From Jiangellaceae bacterium (GTDB lineage Bacteria; Actinomycetota; Actinomycetes; Jiangellales; Jiangellaceae): DNA of 40,830 nucleotides. The stretch is taken from positions 1-40,830 of the forward strand of contig JBOGDU010000115.1 in assembly GCA_050743145.1 (NCBI GenBank), written 5' to 3'. The notes under the pieces were generated by a model. That model made no database searches. It saw only the letters and a program-made list of their open reading frames with translations, and was not told where the DNA came from. Shown one piece after another: positions 40,681 through 40,830 of this stretch. Numbering within the stretch: the first letter of the stretch is position 1; every line of letters begins with the position of its first letter. A program made the position numbers and the translations under genes.

Positions 40681-40830
40681 AACGGCCCCTCCTCCGTCTC
40701 GGCCACCGGTGGCCGGACCTCACCGGCGGCGAAGCGGGCGACGCTGACCGAGCCGACGAACCCCACGAGCGAGAGAACGACCAGGATCGGCAGCGTGGTC
40801 GCGTGCCGGTTCACCGCCGCCTCGAGCCCG
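40677..40830 (-). CDS. mnhF: Monovalent cation/H+ antiporter subunit F, C-terminal part (5' end outside the window)
   Basis: ..TTLPILVVLSLVGFVGSVSVARFAAGE..*, directly upstream of and overlapping mnhG. Confidence 0.6.
   Translation of the reverse strand, partial: GLEAAVNRHATTLPILVVLSLVGFVGSVSVARFAAGEVRPPVAETEEGPL

Noticed and set aside
1-40830. CRISPR arrays, rRNA genes, intact tRNAs, prophage structural genes and integrases
   Set aside because: I saw no regularly spaced direct repeats, no rRNA-like conserved stretches and no complete cloverleaf. The only mobile-element signature is the truncated IS630 at the left edge.

Overview
This is a very GC-rich segment with strong GC3 bias, which looks like Actinomycetota chromosome. 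It is densely coding, with about 45 CDS, and many genes are joined by 4-nt ATGA/GTGA start/stop overlaps. No searches were run; every call comes from reading motifs in the translations and the DNA.

Gene content, left to right:
- 1-483: a truncated IS630 transposase next to an orphan tRNA 3' half.
- 484-3791: housekeeping-type redox genes (MDR oxidoreductase, DUF59 protein, amidohydrolase, redoxin, dodecin).
- 3999-11083: an unusual cluster of cytoplasmic hydrolases. It holds a signal-less S8 subtilase and a CYTH-like protein. These are followed by a tightly coupled operon of an unannotated 58-aa ORF, a CHAT (caspase-fold) protease and a Ser-Asp-His alpha/beta hydrolase.
- 11224-16606: a DLH-type hydrolase, a folE-tal-FAD reductase-doxX operon, and a divergent wHTH regulator with DUF488.
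- 16731-28132: a two-part aromatic catabolic region. One part is pcaIJ with an IclR regulator. The other is a pnpCDEFG/hapCDEF-like hydroquinone/hydroxyquinol to 3-oxoadipate cluster. A MoxR ATPase, a VWA protein and an LLM-like gene separate the two parts.
- 28176-30410: a PaaI-FprA-SRPBCC operon.
- 30480-40830: a transporter and membrane/stress block around a large LAL-type LuxR regulator, ending in mnhG and a partial mnhF.

Best candidates for something new:
1. The sORF-CHAT-alpha/beta-hydrolase module and its protease/CYTH neighbours.
2. A 17-bp palindrome, TCAyCC-N5-GGrTGA, present four times in intergenic regions around the LuxR gene.
3. A shared TGTTCG-N5-xGxACA dyad in the pcaIJ and hydroquinone-dioxygenase promoter regions.
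4. An orphan SHOCT coding segment in the +1 frame after a DUF6325-like gene.

No CRISPR array, rRNA or intact tRNA was seen.
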